Positions 32,124 to 41,914 of a stretch of DNA of 64,000 nt are shown here, in pieces. The stretch covers positions 678,711-742,710 of the forward strand of contig JBGAJA010000001.1 of assembly GCA_044225175.1 (NCBI GenBank), given 5' to 3'. The notes under the pieces are model-generated. The model saw only the letters and a list, made by a program, of their open reading frames with translations, was not told the origin of the DNA and did no database searches. Source of the stretch: Candidatus Omnitrophota bacterium (lineage in GTDB: Bacteria; Omnitrophota; Gorgyraeia; Zapsychrales; Fredricksoniimonadaceae). Every line of letters starts with the position of its first letter. The first letter of the stretch is position 1. The position numbers were made by a program, and so were the translations under genes.

Positions 32124-33503
32124 TTAATAAGACAATTGTAAACGTGTAAACACAATATTTTCAGTGGGACGATTTTCAGTTGCTGCTGCCCCTTGTTTGA
32201 AATGAGTTTGCTCATAATCAACGCTCAGACGAACATTTTTATGAGGATACCAGTTCAAACCAGCTGCCCATGCTTCTTCTTTAGAAACAGCAGTTGTTGC
32301 GCTGGCAAAGCCACGATCAAAAATACTATCATCTAATCGTAGTTGACCATAACGACCAACAACTTCAAAAGCACCCCATGTGCCTTTTTGTAAGTCAAAA
32401 TTGTTACGAGGTGTTATACCTTTAAAAGAAGCTAATTCTCCAGTTAATACATAATTACCAGATAGCTGCCAGGCTTGATTAGTAAATGTATCATGAATAT
32501 TGGTGCCACGTGTGAATTCTTGAGAAGATTTTACGTATTCACCAAGAAGTCCAAAACCCCCGTTATAGTAATAAAATTGAGGACTAACTCGCGTATGCGC
32601 CCCATCAGCTACAAGACCAGTTCCTGAATATGTAAAGACACTTGCTTGTCCAGGAGATCTATAGGTAGGAACGCTGCTTCCTTCTTTATGACCATAGGAT
32701 CCTGCAATACCTGTACCTAATCCTTTTAATACCTCAGGCCCATGATTTTTAAAAGGCTGAACAAAGACACGGCCTATGACATCTTTATCATTATTATTAT
32801 CTGCCGCATCCACACTTGCTAAATCTGCTCCACCATTAAAAATACCAACCGCATAATTAGTTGTGTCACCAAACAAATCACCAAAAACCTGGAAACCAAC
32901 ATCACGGTTTGGTACTAAATTTGATGGTAAGCCAGTTTCTATAAAATTAGCGACAGCATCAGATTGCAAACGTTCTAATCCTAATGGAGCTTTAAATTTA
33001 CCACCGCGGATCTTGAGTGAAGGCCATAACTTGAAATCCACATAAGCATCCACCAACTGAGCATTAGCACTAGTAGTTGCATTAACTGCCAAATCCGGCA
33101 TCAAATAAAAATCCCAATTCTTACCTACCGTACCTTCAAAGATAGGGCGGGCTCTTCTAACTAGGAAGTTATCTGTGGTTCCTGTTAAATCTTTACTATT
33201 ACCTGTAAAGACGCGCGCATCTGCTTGAACTAATCCTCGAAGCTTTAATTTAAAGCTTTCATCTGGGCTCTTAATGCTAAAGCCGTCTTTTGCACTAGCT
33301 GTAATGACTGGTGTTTCAGGTGCCTTTTTCGCACTTTCTTCCTTATCTACCTCAATTTGACGCTTTAATATAGCCATTTGCTGTTCCAATTCCGCTAATC
33401 TTTGCTCCAAGGCCGTACTATCTGCGAAAACTGGGCTAATGGAAGATATCGGCAATAATACACTTAAAGCTAAAATACCTAATGTACGACTAAAAGACTT
33501 CAT
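32124..33503 (-). CDS. Outer-membrane porin of the phosphate-selective porin O/P (OprO/OprP) family, first gene of the sulfate-transport operon
   Basis: 459 aa with a signal peptide, the N-terminal coiled-coil ALEQRLAELEQQMAILKRQIE typical of Porin_O_P, and a beta-barrel ending in ...RLQLSY. Confidence 0.7.
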   Translation of the reverse strand: MKSFSRTLGILALSVLLPISSISPVFADSTALEQRLAELEQQMAILKRQIEVDKEESAKKAPETPVITASAKDGFSIKSPDESFKLKLRGLVQADARVFTGNSKDLTGTTDNFLVRRARPIFEGTVGKNWDFYLMPDLAVNATTSANAQLVDAYVDFKLWPSLKIRGGKFKAPLGLERLQSDAVANFIETGLPSNLVPNRDVGFQVFGDLFGDTTNYAVGIFNGGADLASVDAADNNNDKDVIGRVFVQPFKNHGPEVLKGLGTGIAGSYGHKEGSSVPTYRSPGQASVFTYSGTGLVADGAHTRVSPQFYYYNGGFGLLGEYVKSSQEFTRGTNIHDTFTNQAWQLSGNYVLTGELASFKGITPRNNFDLQKGTWGAFEVVGRYGQLRLDDSIFDRGFASATTAVSKEEAWAAGLNWYPHKNVRLSVDYEQTHFKQGAAATENRPTENIVFTRLQLSY

Positions 33504-33639
33504 ATAAACTCCTATTTGATGGTTAAAAATTTAACTATTTAGTTGGGGATGAGCAAAAGTAAATCAAGCCCTAACAACAGGGTTGACACGAACCGAGGGA
33601 TTTGAAGTGTGTAATCATTACTAAGATAATCATGTAAGT

Positions 33640-33675
33640 AAATGTAACATGCAAAATAATATTGTCAAGTTTTTT
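33640..33675 (-). promoter_or_regulatory. Candidate sigma70 promoter for the porin-sbp-cysTWA...cysN operon
   Basis: Minus-strand TTGACA, a 16-nt spacer, then TACATT, about 130 nt upstream of the porin ATG. Confidence 0.3.
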
Positions 33676-33701
33676 TTAAAAAAAGTATCAAACATAAAGA
33701 A

Positions 33702-34415
33702 CTAATTGTGGGAAATGACGAAATCACCTTTAGGAAGATAGTTGACGGCTTCAAGCAAGTTTTCAGAACCTTCATTAGCGTATAAAACAAATTTGACAGA
33801 TTTTGTTTTAGCTATTCTCTGCAATCTTTGGATAACCAGATTTACAGAAATATCACTAAGCTCCGTATTAAATAGAGCTAATTCAGGAGGATTGCGCATG
33901 ATCTTTTCAATGCCTACAATGCCGCTATCCGTAAAATCAACATTGTAGCCGGCATTACTAAAGGCATTAGCAATCTTCCCTATATTCCTCTGATCTTTAT
34001 CTACTATAACGACCCTTTTACTCCCTTTGATATGTCGTCTCCAATATTGATTATTAATGATGATCTCGACCTCATTAAGCATCCTATCAATAGAAAAAGG
34101 TTTAGTCATAAACCCATCTACGCTGACTTCTCTAAAGAGTTTTTCAAAATTCATCTGACCTGTGAGCACAAGAACTGGATACTTAGGATAACCTCCATCT
34201 GTGCAAATCCTGTGATAAAATTCAATTCCATCCATTTGAGGCATTCCTAAATCTAATAGAATCAGGTCGGGAGACATTTTATCTAAAATTTCAAGCCCTT
34301 CTAAGCCATTAAAAGCTATAACAACCTCATACCCGCTAGCCTTGAGGTGTTTGGCACATATTTCTGCTACATCTTTTTCATCTTCTATAATCAATATTTT
34401 CTTTCGCTCAATCAT
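33702..34415 (-). CDS. Stand-alone response regulator with tandem receiver domains; the second lacks the phospho-acceptor Asp
   Basis: 237 aa. REC1 is canonical (ILIIEDE...LILLDLGMPQMDG...TKP). REC2 (VVIVDKDQ...) has no conserved Asp at the phosphorylation position. Confidence 0.7.
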   Translation of the reverse strand: MIERKKILIIEDEKDVAEICAKHLKASGYEVVIAFNGLEGLEILDKMSPDLILLDLGMPQMDGIEFYHRICTDGGYPKYPVLVLTGQMNFEKLFREVSVDGFMTKPFSIDRMLNEVEIIINNQYWRRHIKGSKRVVIVDKDQRNIGKIANAFSNAGYNVDFTDSGIVGIEKIMRNPPELALFNTELSDISVNLVIQRLQRIAKTKSVKFVLYANEGSENLLEAVNYLPKGDFVISHN

Positions 34416-34587
34416 ATTTCCTTATCTCCTAATTCAAGTATGCCCCTATTGTCAAGTGTTTACAAGGCATAAACAGCCATTCTCAGAAAACGGTTTTCAT
34501 GTATAATTCTTTGAATTTCCAAAGAAAAATTAATAAATTGATTTGACTTTGCCAATACAAAAAGGTGTCTGACACCTTTTTGATAAT

Positions 34588-35625
34588 TTAGAGGCGTTCA
34601 AGGATTTTTGCACTTCCTGAAGGCATGGGATAACGGTTAAGATTGGATTTTGAGATCCAGAGGCGAGTTTTTGTGACCTTAGGATTAGGAGAAACCTTAA
34701 CTTCAAAAACTTTGAGTTTGACTCTAAATTGGGTGTAGGAATGGGTCACATCAAATAAATGTTTGTGGTGAGTCAAATTGACCCCTAACTCTTCTTGTAA
34801 TTCACGCTTTAAGGCATTTAGAGTGCTTTCCCTCGACTCAACCTTCCCCCCTGGAAATTCCCATAAATCCGCCAGCAAGCCTGTGGATGGCCTTTGTTGG
34901 ATGAGATACTTACCCTTATATTCAATAATTGCTATTACCGCATCAACATCCTTAATGACCTTCTTTTTAGGGGTGGGAATAAGCTCTTGAATTCCTTGCA
35001 GATAAGCTTTACAGAATTTTCTTAAAGGACAAATATTACATAAAGGTTCTTTAGTGCGACATATCAAAGCGCCCATTTCCATCAAAGCCTGGTTAAAATC
35101 ACCTGCCCTTTGAGAAGGAATGACTTTACTTAAATAGTCATGAATAGTCTTGTCTTGCTTCGTGTCTGCGTGAGCTTGAATGGATAATAACCTCATTACA
35201 AGCCTTCTGACATTGGCATCAATAATCACCAATGGCTGATCAAAGGCTATGCTTAAGACGGAAGCTGTTGTGTATGGTCCAAAGCCTGGCAAAGCTCGCA
35301 CCAAATCCGGTTCTTGAGGAAGCTTTCCCCCATAATTGGTTACAACCAAACCTACAGCCTTATGGAGATTACGGGCGCGATTGTAATAACCTAATCCCTG
35401 CCAGGACTTTAAAACCTCTTGGATAGGCGTTTGGGCCAGTTTGGTAATGGTTGGATAAGTTTTAAGCCATCGTTCAAAATAAGGAATCACCGCATTCACA
35501 GTCGTCTGCTGCAGCATAATTTCCGAAACCCAAATATGATAAGGATCCTTAGTCTTACGCCAAGGCAGGTCACGCTTATGCTTGTCGTACCACTTAAGAA
35601 GATCTTGCGAGAATGTGTTAGGCAT
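34588..35625 (-). CDS. mutY: A/G-specific adenine DNA glycosylase with C-terminal NUDIX-like domain
   Basis: 345 aa: HhH-GPD domain (WYDKHKRDLPWR...PYHIWVSEIMLQQT), Fe-S cysteines (CxxxxxxCxxCPLxxxC) and a MutT-like C-terminus. Confidence 0.85.
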   Translation of the reverse strand: MPNTFSQDLLKWYDKHKRDLPWRKTKDPYHIWVSEIMLQQTTVNAVIPYFERWLKTYPTITKLAQTPIQEVLKSWQGLGYYNRARNLHKAVGLVVTNYGGKLPQEPDLVRALPGFGPYTTASVLSIAFDQPLVIIDANVRRLVMRLLSIQAHADTKQDKTIHDYLSKVIPSQRAGDFNQALMEMGALICRTKEPLCNICPLRKFCKAYLQGIQELIPTPKKKVIKDVDAVIAIIEYKGKYLIQQRPSTGLLADLWEFPGGKVESRESTLNALKRELQEELGVNLTHHKHLFDVTHSYTQFRVKLKVFEVKVSPNPKVTKTRLWISKSNLNRYPMPSGSAKILERL

Positions 35626-35983
35626 TGTTTATTAAGTCAGAAAAAAGATCCGCAATTTGAGGATGCTGACCAATGGGCTGGGAAATGGAGAAGACAACAT
35701 CAGGGTATTGTTCTTGTGCATCTTGAATAATGGCTGGAATATCATCATTCACATGGCGGCCCGAATTAAGAAAGTTAAGTAGAACAAGGACTTGCGTAGC
35801 TCCTTTTTGTACACATAAATCAAGACCTTCAGGAATGTTTGGGGATTCAATCTCCAAGAAGGCATACTCAAAAATGTCTACCCCAGTCTTAAATTTTAAG
35901 ACTTTTACTAGTTCAATAACTTCTTCCTTAGTTTTGGAAGAACGACTGCCATGACTGACTAAAAGAACAGCTTTCATGGCCAA
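35618..35983 (-). CDS. cbiX: CbiX-type sirohydrochlorin chelatase (small form)
   Basis: 121 aa: AVLLVSHGSRSSKTKEEV is the CbiX/SirB signature; fits siroheme synthesis for sulfite reductase. Confidence 0.7.
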   Translation of the reverse strand: MAMKAVLLVSHGSRSSKTKEEVIELVKVLKFKTGVDIFEYAFLEIESPNIPEGLDLCVQKGATQVLVLLNFLNSGRHVNDDIPAIIQDAQEQYPDVVFSISQPIGQHPQIADLFSDLINNA

Positions 35984-36846
35984 ATCACCTTTAAAGGATA
36001 TTTGGAACGGCCGATTTGGACTTTAGTTCCAAAAGAAAATGGCAGGCAGACGTGAGAGCCATCGACAAATATCACACCTTCACGCATTAATGAGGTGAGA
36101 GAAAAGCTTTGGTTAGGTTTTAAAATAGATCCTGTGAGCTTATAAGTAGCCCCATGACCTCGATAAAGCTCCCTTGGACGATACTGGATTAACTTACTTT
36201 GTTCTGGAAGGATCTTTCCTCCAGCAGAATGGATTCCAGCAGAAGACCCCGCTGCAGTTGACACCCAAACCCCAGATGAACGCTGTTCTTCTTTTAAGTT
36301 TCCTACTTTTAAATAATATCGACTTACTGCCCCGGGATTCTGGTGGCAAATCAACAGATCATTGACAGCCGGCATTCCTTCAAATTCATTATTAAAAGAC
36401 AGTTGAATACGATTGAAAAATTTGAATGATGACTTATTTTTTAAAAAAGTATCTAGTGTCGACTCGAAATTCTTAGGATTTCCTGAACAGAAACGTCCTA
36501 CACTCCAACTGGGATCAGAATTCACCCCCCAGATGATCTGTTTTTTAATATTTCTAGCAGCTTCCATAAATGTCCCATCACCACCAAAGGTAATAATGAG
36601 ATCAAACTTATTGTAATTGATGGAAGTCCCTCGACAAATTTTAGTGTACTTAAGACCCTTACTCTTTAAGACAGCTTCAATATATGAAAGTGCCCAGAAA
36701 TGGTTTTCATGGGTCCTATGGAATCTTTTAATTTCATCAGAATTAAATAAGCCTCGAAGTTTGACAGATCGTTTACGGCTACTTAAGAAATAACCCGCGT
36801 AAGTACTATTTTTATAAAGCAAAAGAATTTTAGGGGATGATTTCAT
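35974..36846 (-). CDS. nadK: NAD(+) kinase
   Basis: 290 aa with GGDGT motif (ITFGGDGTFMEAARN) and the conserved C-terminal GVWVSTAAGSSAGIHSAGG. Confidence 0.75.
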   Translation of the reverse strand: MKSSPKILLLYKNSTYAGYFLSSRKRSVKLRGLFNSDEIKRFHRTHENHFWALSYIEAVLKSKGLKYTKICRGTSINYNKFDLIITFGGDGTFMEAARNIKKQIIWGVNSDPSWSVGRFCSGNPKNFESTLDTFLKNKSSFKFFNRIQLSFNNEFEGMPAVNDLLICHQNPGAVSRYYLKVGNLKEEQRSSGVWVSTAAGSSAGIHSAGGKILPEQSKLIQYRPRELYRGHGATYKLTGSILKPNQSFSLTSLMREGVIFVDGSHVCLPFSFGTKVQIGRSKYPLKVIWP

Positions 36847-37489
36847 GTTTTAACTCTCTGTAGGAACTAAAAACTAAATCTGCTTGTTTTAGGTATTTTC
36901 TTGGCAAAGATGTCTCTAAAGCAAAACATTTTAACCCAGCTGCCTTAGCAGATGCAATACCAAAAGGAGCATTTTCAATAACGATAGCTTCGCTTGGTTT
37001 TACTTTAAGCTTCTTTAAAGCCATTAAATATGGTTCAGGGTGGGGTTTTCCATTTTGAACATCACAACCGCAGACTGTGACCCTAAAGGAATTCCATAAA
37101 TCTTCAGGTAATAGGCTTTGAGCTTCATGTCTAGAAGTACCTGTTACCAGGGCTAATGAATACCCCTTTTTTACTAAACTCTTAATTAAAGATCTGCTTC
37201 CTGGAATATAGCGTCTTTTGAAAATTTTCTTAAAGAGCTCCTCTTTTGCTTTTAAAAGACCATGAGCATGGGTCAAATCAAAAGGCTTTTTGTGCTCTCC
37301 AAATATCTCCTGGACACTATTTAGACCTTTTTGTCCCTCCCTTTTATAAACATCCTCATGAGAAACTTTAATACCTTGATTGGCAAAAATAGTTCTCCAG
37401 GCCCTAAAATGATAGGGCATGGTATCTGTAATGACACCATCCATATCAAAAATGACAACTGTGTGGGATTTATTCATGGAATGAATCAA
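36830..37489 (-). CDS. HAD-superfamily hydrolase (beta-phosphoglucomutase-like subfamily IA)
   Basis: 219 aa: motif I FDMDGVITDT, motif II LVTGTS, motif IV ENAPFGIASAKAAG. Confidence 0.7.
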   Translation of the reverse strand: MIHSMNKSHTVVIFDMDGVITDTMPYHFRAWRTIFANQGIKVSHEDVYKREGQKGLNSVQEIFGEHKKPFDLTHAHGLLKAKEELFKKIFKRRYIPGSRSLIKSLVKKGYSLALVTGTSRHEAQSLLPEDLWNSFRVTVCGCDVQNGKPHPEPYLMALKKLKVKPSEAIVIENAPFGIASAKAAGLKCFALETSLPRKYLKQADLVFSSYRELKHEIIP

Positions 37490-37935
37490 TTACGGCCGCT
37501 TTTTTCCATCTGGCGGATTCGACGGGCTTGTTCAGAAACCTTCTTGTCTAGAGACTTCCCTCTAGTTATATATTCTTTATGTTCATCTTTAGCTTCTTGA
37601 TTATTTTTTTTTATTCTGTTTCTCTCTTTAATTAAAGCTTCTTTTTTGATTTGTTGTTTTTCTTTTTCGAGCAATTTTTCTTTACGTTGTTCAATTTTTT
37701 GCTTTTTTTGATCTTCTCTAATTTGCATATGCCAATTAGTTAGAAATTCTTTACGCTCTACGTAGGAAGATTTTGGCCAATCCTTATGGTAAGCGTTCTC
37801 AAAACGATATCTTGCAGCAAAAGGAGCTTTCAGCAAGTCTGGACCATGTTCAGATAAATCCACCTGTTCAGCCATGACCAGAGTTCCTGAAACAAGGACA
37901 GAAATTAAAACAAAGAGTAATGTTTTCATGCTCAA
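37486..37935 (-). CDS. Secreted Lys/Glu-rich protein
   Basis: 149 aa with a signal peptide followed by a KE-rich helix; overlaps the HAD gene start. Confidence 0.5.
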   Translation of the reverse strand: MSMKTLLFVLISVLVSGTLVMAEQVDLSEHGPDLLKAPFAARYRFENAYHKDWPKSSYVERKEFLTNWHMQIREDQKKQKIEQRKEKLLEKEKQQIKKEALIKERNRIKKNNQEAKDEHKEYITRGKSLDKKVSEQARRIRQMEKSGRN

Positions 37936-37936
37936 A

Positions 37937-39202
37937 TTATAACATATCCAAATTCAAAAAAACACTAAAGGTAGATCCATTTCCAAGGGTGCTTTCCACA
38001 CTGATTTTTCCTTGATGCACATCCATAATATGTTTAGCAATAGAAAGTCCTAAGCCTGTACCACCAGTTTCCTGACTTCGAGATTTATCTACCCTAAAAA
38101 ATCGTTCAAAAATTCTGTTTAAATACTCTGAAGATATCCCAGGACCATTATCCCTAAAATCAATCCTCACAAATCGCCCTTCCACTCTGGCTTTAATCAG
38201 AATTTTTCCACCTCGAGGAGTAAATTTAACCGCATTATCTAAGATATTTAGAAAAACCTGCTCCATTCTAGCTGCATCAAAACTAACCAAAGGTAAATTA
38301 GTAGGAATGTCTAATATTAAAGCATGCTGCAAATCTTCGATTTGTTTCTTTTTCATTAGAATGACAGCATGAATAATGTTAGAAATATCACCTTTAACTA
38401 AATTCATTTTCACATCTTTAGACTCCAAAGAGGATAAAACCAAAAGATCATTGACTAAATTCTCAAGCCTTTGGGTCTGGTTTAAAATAATATTTAAGAA
38501 ACGCACAGCATTAGCCTTGTCATCTAAAGCCCCTTCTTTAAGCGTTTCAACGAATCCTCGAATGGATGTTAGAGGTGTTTTAAGTTCATGGGACACATTG
38601 GCAACGAACTCACTTCGTAAGCGCTCAAATTTTTTAAGTTCAGTGACATCATGAAAAACTACAATAAGACTAATTAAAACATTGTGGGAATCAAAAACCG
38701 GAGAGATTTGCATATTAAAATACATTTCTTTAGAACGAAGAATCACAATCTCTTTTCGAAGAATACTTTTATGCGTTAAGCCTTCTGTGATGGACTCAAT
38801 GATGTTTTGATTAGAAATAATTTCCCAATAATATTTATTCTTCCAATCTGTAGAGCGGACATCAAACATAAATTGAAAGCTTGGACTAAGATGTAAAAGT
38901 CGATTATCAAAAGAAATAACGAGAACACCCTCTGCCATATTAGATAGAATGGCTTCAAGTTTATCTTTCTCAATAGTAAGCTCTTCTAGGCGCTTTTGAA
39001 TGCCGTAAGCTAATTCATGCACATTACGTGCAACATCACCCAGATTATCTGAGGGAGACAAAACCATACGCCTTGAGTAGTCACCAATGGCCATAGCATT
39101 GATCACACGACGTATTTCTTTAATTTGTAGGGTTTGACGGAAATATTTATAGCTTAGGATAGCTATAATCAAAATTAAAACACAAATAAATAGGACGCTC
39201 AT
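37937..39202 (-). CDS. Sensor histidine kinase (PhoR-like: TM, PAS, HisKA, HATPase_c)
   Basis: 421 aa with H-box SHELKTPLTSIRGF, N-box NILDNAVKFT and G-boxes DNGPGI / GGTGLGLSIAK. Confidence 0.8.
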   Translation of the reverse strand: MSVLFICVLILIIAILSYKYFRQTLQIKEIRRVINAMAIGDYSRRMVLSPSDNLGDVARNVHELAYGIQKRLEELTIEKDKLEAILSNMAEGVLVISFDNRLLHLSPSFQFMFDVRSTDWKNKYYWEIISNQNIIESITEGLTHKSILRKEIVILRSKEMYFNMQISPVFDSHNVLISLIVVFHDVTELKKFERLRSEFVANVSHELKTPLTSIRGFVETLKEGALDDKANAVRFLNIILNQTQRLENLVNDLLVLSSLESKDVKMNLVKGDISNIIHAVILMKKKQIEDLQHALILDIPTNLPLVSFDAARMEQVFLNILDNAVKFTPRGGKILIKARVEGRFVRIDFRDNGPGISSEYLNRIFERFFRVDKSRSQETGGTGLGLSIAKHIMDVHQGKISVESTLGNGSTFSVFLNLDML

Positions 39203-39897
39203 TCAGATTCCTTAAAACGATAGCCTACCCCGCGCACCGTTTCAATATAATCTTGGGCTACCCCAAGCTTCTTTCTTAAGCCCCGAATATGAACGTCTAC
39301 TGCTCTATCAACAATATATTTACCTTCTTGCCACACATTATCGAGGATTTGCTCTCTGCTAAACACTCGACCTGGAGCGCGAGATAAGAATTCTAAGATA
39401 TCAAATTCAATACTCGTTAATTCGATAGAATGTCTTTTGAATACAACTTTATGTTTTGGTATATCAATAGTAAGCTCCCCCCATTGACGGGTTTGCTCTA
39501 CACCTATTTCTGTTTTGGAATCGTCTAACCTTCTAAAAACTGCCCTGATTCGTGCCAAGAGAATGCTTGGACTAAATGGTTTTGGGATATAATCATCTGC
39601 ACCTAGGGATAGGCCAATCACAATATCTGCTTCTGTACCCTTGGCGGTAATCATTAAAATAGGGATTTTCTTGGTTTTGGGATCTTCTTTGATTTGACGG
39701 CAGATTTCTAATCCATCACATTCTGGAAGCATTAAATCCAGTAAAACTAAATCAGGCTTTCTTGTTAAAACCATGTCAAAAGCTTGTCCGCCATCAAAAA
39801 GCGATAATACCTCAAACCCTTCGCGTTCAAGGTTATAACGGACTAATTCATTAATATCCCTGTCGTCTTCAATAATGAGAATTCGTTTTTTAGCCAT
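39199..39897 (-). CDS. OmpR/PhoB-family response regulator
   Basis: 232 aa: REC (ILIIEDDRD...LVLLDLMLP) plus a winged-helix output domain. Overlaps the kinase by 4 bp. Confidence 0.85.
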   Translation of the reverse strand: MAKKRILIIEDDRDINELVRYNLEREGFEVLSLFDGGQAFDMVLTRKPDLVLLDLMLPECDGLEICRQIKEDPKTKKIPILMITAKGTEADIVIGLSLGADDYIPKPFSPSILLARIRAVFRRLDDSKTEIGVEQTRQWGELTIDIPKHKVVFKRHSIELTSIEFDILEFLSRAPGRVFSREQILDNVWQEGKYIVDRAVDVHIRGLRKKLGVAQDYIETVRGVGYRFKESE

Positions 39898-39921
39898 ATA
39901 CTATATATTAGAAGATCGAAA

Positions 39922-40443
39922 TTAAGATTTTGTTAAGCTCTTATTAAGTCTTTGCTTATTTAAAATCTTTTTGAGCATTGGCCAGTGTTCTTCCGCTAAA
40001 ATATAACCTACACACCGAGCTGATCGACAGCGACAAGGATGCTCACCAAACTCCTCTATATCATCATACCCATAATTATAAAAGAGTTCTTCCTCAATCG
40101 CAATATCCCTTAAGGCTATAATCCAAATATGCCCTCTAATATTTTCGACCTCGCAATTAGGATCACAGGAATGGTTAATATATTTGGCTAAATTATGGGG
40201 CACATGGCCATCAATATCATAACGTTTGTTTAATTCAAAAAGATAAACGGCTCCTTGTTCTTTGTGCTTTTTAGCATATTCCACAAGTCTTGGGCCTCGT
40301 CGATTTGCTTCAGCTTTTGTAATCTTTTCCCCCACATATTCAATAACCTTTGTCCCCTTTGGAATAAAAGCCTTAGCAAAGATTCCACAACCATGTATTT
40401 TTGAGGTTTTTTTAGTTATATATGAATATTTTGTAGATTTCAT
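39922..40443 (-). CDS. SET-domain protein (putative lysine methyltransferase)
   Basis: 173 aa with the SET signatures GCGIFA...G and NHSCDPNCE and a post-SET cysteine cluster (CRCRSARC). Confidence 0.75.
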   Translation of the reverse strand: MKSTKYSYITKKTSKIHGCGIFAKAFIPKGTKVIEYVGEKITKAEANRRGPRLVEYAKKHKEQGAVYLFELNKRYDIDGHVPHNLAKYINHSCDPNCEVENIRGHIWIIALRDIAIEEELFYNYGYDDIEEFGEHPCRCRSARCVGYILAEEHWPMLKKILNKQRLNKSLTKS

Positions 40444-40448
40444 AAGAA

Positions 40449-40871
40449 TTAGATTTGAGGCCGGATATTTCTAAAAAAAAGTTTATCTTTAGGGTGGGTC
40501 AACAGAGCTTCAACTTCATCAGGATGCACCCAGCGAGCCTCCGGATGATTGCTGTCTATTGGAGAAAGCTTCAACTCATCCGTTGAAAAAAGGAACATCT
40601 GAATGTGTTTGAGCTCGCTTGTATCATCACGTCCATCTAATCCTATTTTGTATCTAACATAGGAGCCCAGATCTTTGATAAAGTTAAGCCTAAGAATACC
40701 TGTTTCTTCTTCAATTTCACGAATAGCAGCAGTTTTAGCGTCTTCTCCTTCTTCAATATGTCCTTTAGGTAAAGACCAAGAAAGTCCTCTTTGGTTGACA
40801 ACCAAGACCTTTCTTTTCTTACTTAAAACAACTCCACCTGCTGTATATGTTTTATTCTGTTGCACAATCAT
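40449..40871 (-). CDS. NUDIX hydrolase
   Basis: 140 aa with Nudix box [22 protein letters not shown]. Confidence 0.7.
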   Translation of the reverse strand: MIVQQNKTYTAGGVVLSKKRKVLVVNQRGLSWSLPKGHIEEGEDAKTAAIREIEEETGILRLNFIKDLGSYVRYKIGLDGRDDTSELKHIQMFLFSTDELKLSPIDSNHPEARWVHPDEVEALLTHPKDKLFFRNIRPQI

Positions 40872-41523
40872 CCTTTTCTAAAGTATAGAACTTTTGTCCA
40901 ATTTCAATTCTTTCCTTGCCCTTGGAAATTCTATATAAATTTGTGTCTCTTAAAGAATAAACACAACCGCAATACTCTTGCTGATAGAAATTTTCTCGCT
41001 TTGAAATCTCATACATTCTTGAGGAGCCGCCATTTTTTCTCCAATTATAAGTCCAATAAACCATGCCATCATAACGATTTGCCGCTCTCACACCCGAATT
41101 ATTAATTTGATCCATATCTTTCCAACGAGAAATCCCCAAAGAAGAACTAATAACCTTAAAGCCATGTTCTTGGGCGTACAGCGCTGTTCGTTCAAAACGC
41201 ATATCGAAACATGAAGTACAACGTTTACCTCTTTCAGGCTCCATTTCTAATCCTTTGATGCGCTCAAACCAATTGCTTGTATCATAATCCGCATCAATAA
41301 AAGGAATATTCAACTTTTGAGCAAACTTGATATTCTCTTCCTTACGAATCTCATATTCTTTTCTTGGATGAATATTAGGATTATAAAAGAAGATACTGAA
41401 TTTAATCCCTGAAGCTAAAATTGCCTCCATTAATTCAGCGGCACAAGGTGCACAGCAAGAATGAAGCAAAAGCTCCTTATGATTGCCAGGTAATTCTAAG
41501 AGTGGTCGATTTGTCATTGTCAT
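40852..41523 (-). CDS. queH: Epoxyqueuosine reductase QueH (DUF208)
   Basis: 223 aa: [11 protein letters not shown]...FFYNPNIHP and the C-terminal CGCxYS motif of QueH. Confidence 0.8.
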   Translation of the reverse strand: MTMTNRPLLELPGNHKELLLHSCCAPCAAELMEAILASGIKFSIFFYNPNIHPRKEYEIRKEENIKFAQKLNIPFIDADYDTSNWFERIKGLEMEPERGKRCTSCFDMRFERTALYAQEHGFKVISSSLGISRWKDMDQINNSGVRAANRYDGMVYWTYNWRKNGGSSRMYEISKRENFYQQEYCGCVYSLRDTNLYRISKGKERIEIGQKFYTLEKDDCATE

Positions 41524-41615
41524 AAATAAAAAAACCCTTGGGCTTATTCAAGGATTTCTCACTAAACTATAATTGAAAGGCCCGGTTTTATCAACCGGGC
41601 CTGTTGAGGTCATTC

Positions 41616-41816
41616 TTAAACCTTCATTACATTAATGGCTTGTTCACCTTTGGGGCCTTGCTGAATTTCAAATTCTACAGCTTGACCTTCTTCAAGGGTT
41701 CTGTAACCTTCACTTTTGATTGCGGTATGATGGACAAATACATCTTTACCATTCTCTGGAGTAATAAAACCATAACCTTTTTGATTATTGAACCATTTTA
41801 CTTTACCTTTTGCCAT
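41616..41816 (-). CDS. cspA: Cold-shock protein (CspA family)
   Basis: 66 aa: [15 protein letters not shown] (RNP1) and VFVHH (RNP2). The upstream region has a long 5' UTR with an 8-bp palindrome. Confidence 0.9.
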   Translation of the reverse strand: MAKGKVKWFNNQKGYGFITPENGKDVFVHHTAIKSEGYRTLEEGQAVEFEIQQGPKGEQAINVMKV

Positions 41817-41914
41817 TACTACATCCTCCTTGTTAGCGACCTGTGATAACTATTTACTTCTTACAATTCGAAAGTATGCCCTACTTTCGAAATTTTGTCA
41901 AATATTTCAGAGAG

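Noticed and set aside
33584-33620. Plus-strand TTGACA-17-TGTGTAAT promoter-like sequence
   Set aside because: It points antisense into the response-regulator gene, with no plus-strand gene to drive. The operon promoter is more plausibly the minus-strand TTGACA-16-TACATT.
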